NCBI GenBank assembly: GCA_023268715.1 | Contig: JALRLV010000001.1 | Span: 6,383 to 70,382 of the forward strand | Length of the DNA: 64,000 nt | Reading direction: 5' to 3' | Source of the DNA: Candidatus Thalassarchaeaceae archaeon | Lineage (GTDB): Archaea > Thermoplasmatota > Poseidoniia > Poseidoniales > Thalassarchaeaceae | Part shown: one piece after another, positions 63,759 through 64,000 of the stretch | Layout of the letters: every line of letters starts with the position of its first letter | How positions within the stretch are numbered: the stretch's first letter is position 1 | The notes under the pieces: generated by a model | Seen by the model: only the letters and a program-made list of their open reading frames with translations | The model's database searches: none | Told to the model about the DNA's origin: nothing | Made by a program: the position numbers and the translations under genes

Positions 63759-64000
63759 TCAAACTAAAGTTGTGCTGTAATAGAGGAATGACATGTAGGC
63801 AATATATCCGATTACCATAGTGGCACCCACTCTCCGTCCAATTTCTCTATCATCGAGTAACATAGCCGCAACCAAGCTAGATGTTAGGATCACCACCCAT
63901 ATGTCTCGCCCCTCGAACTTTGAGGCGATTTCGATGCCCCCTCCGATTACAGAAGTTGCGCCAAGTATTCCAAGGATATTCATTACATTGGAGCCCAATA
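63759..64000 (-). CDS. C-terminal part of a Ca2+/cation antiporter (CaCA/YrbG-like) membrane protein; N-terminus beyond window
   Basis: GSNVMNILGILGATSVIGG resembles the alpha-2 repeat (GSN.FNI..ILG). The frame is open to the window end. Confidence 0.5.
   Translation of the reverse strand, partial: LGSNVMNILGILGATSVIGGGIEIASKFEGRDIWVVILTSSLVAAMLLDDREIGRRVGATMVIGYIAYMSFLYYSTTLV

Noticed and set aside
1-64000. Search by eye for CRISPR arrays, IS elements or transposases, integrases, rRNA genes and toxin-antitoxin pairs.
   Set aside because: I noticed no regularly spaced direct repeats, no transposase- or integrase-like ORFs and no rRNA-like sequence. The only repeats are intragenic protein-domain duplications and the two 21-bp operator-like motifs.

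Overview
The window is a gene-dense stretch (about 50 CDS and 2 tRNAs) that reads as archaeal. Archaeal markers are the ADH-synthase/DHQ-synthase-II shikimate route, a GHMP-type shikimate kinase, a Gar1 homologue, an HTH_10 regulator, an NFACT protein, PGF-CTERM-like sorting signals and archaeal-type tRNA-Gln and tRNA-Leu. The mix of very large acidic surface proteins, membrane-anchored S8 proteases, a bacterial-type gpsA and aerobic heterotroph metabolism suggests an uncultured marine planktonic euryarchaeon of the Marine Group II/Poseidoniales type. That assignment is an inference and was not checked.

Housekeeping content:
- 2-oxoacid:ferredoxin oxidoreductase, aconitase, adenosylhomocysteinase and a cyclophilin.
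- Exonuclease III, acyl-CoA dehydrogenase and an aldo/keto reductase.
- An aroA'-aroB'-aroK-aroC cluster.

Accessory or unusual content:
1. A lipoprotein solute-binding protein in front of PhnC/PhnE-type ABC genes keeps the complete transferrin Fe3+/carbonate ligand set. Two copies of a 21-bp palindromic operator-like motif lie upstream of it.
2. A Gar1 domain is fused to two RanBP2-type zinc fingers and an RGG tail.
3. A molybdenum-hydroxylase module (S-L-M gene order) has a Cys-rich insertion in the FAD subunit, as in 4-hydroxybenzoyl-CoA reductase. XdhC, MocA, a permease and a regulator flank it.
4. A PGF-CTERM lipoprotein carries four LDL-receptor-class-A-like Ca-binding half-repeats.
5. 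A roughly 2150-aa FG-GAP surface protein is present.
6. A DUF4350-MoxR-DUF58-membrane protein operon is present.

No CRISPR array, transposase or integrase was seen.

ORF-track starts include GTG/TTG and often over-extend. I refined starts where stop/start coupling with the upstream gene was visible in the sequence. All family assignments are motif recognition by eye; no searches were run.
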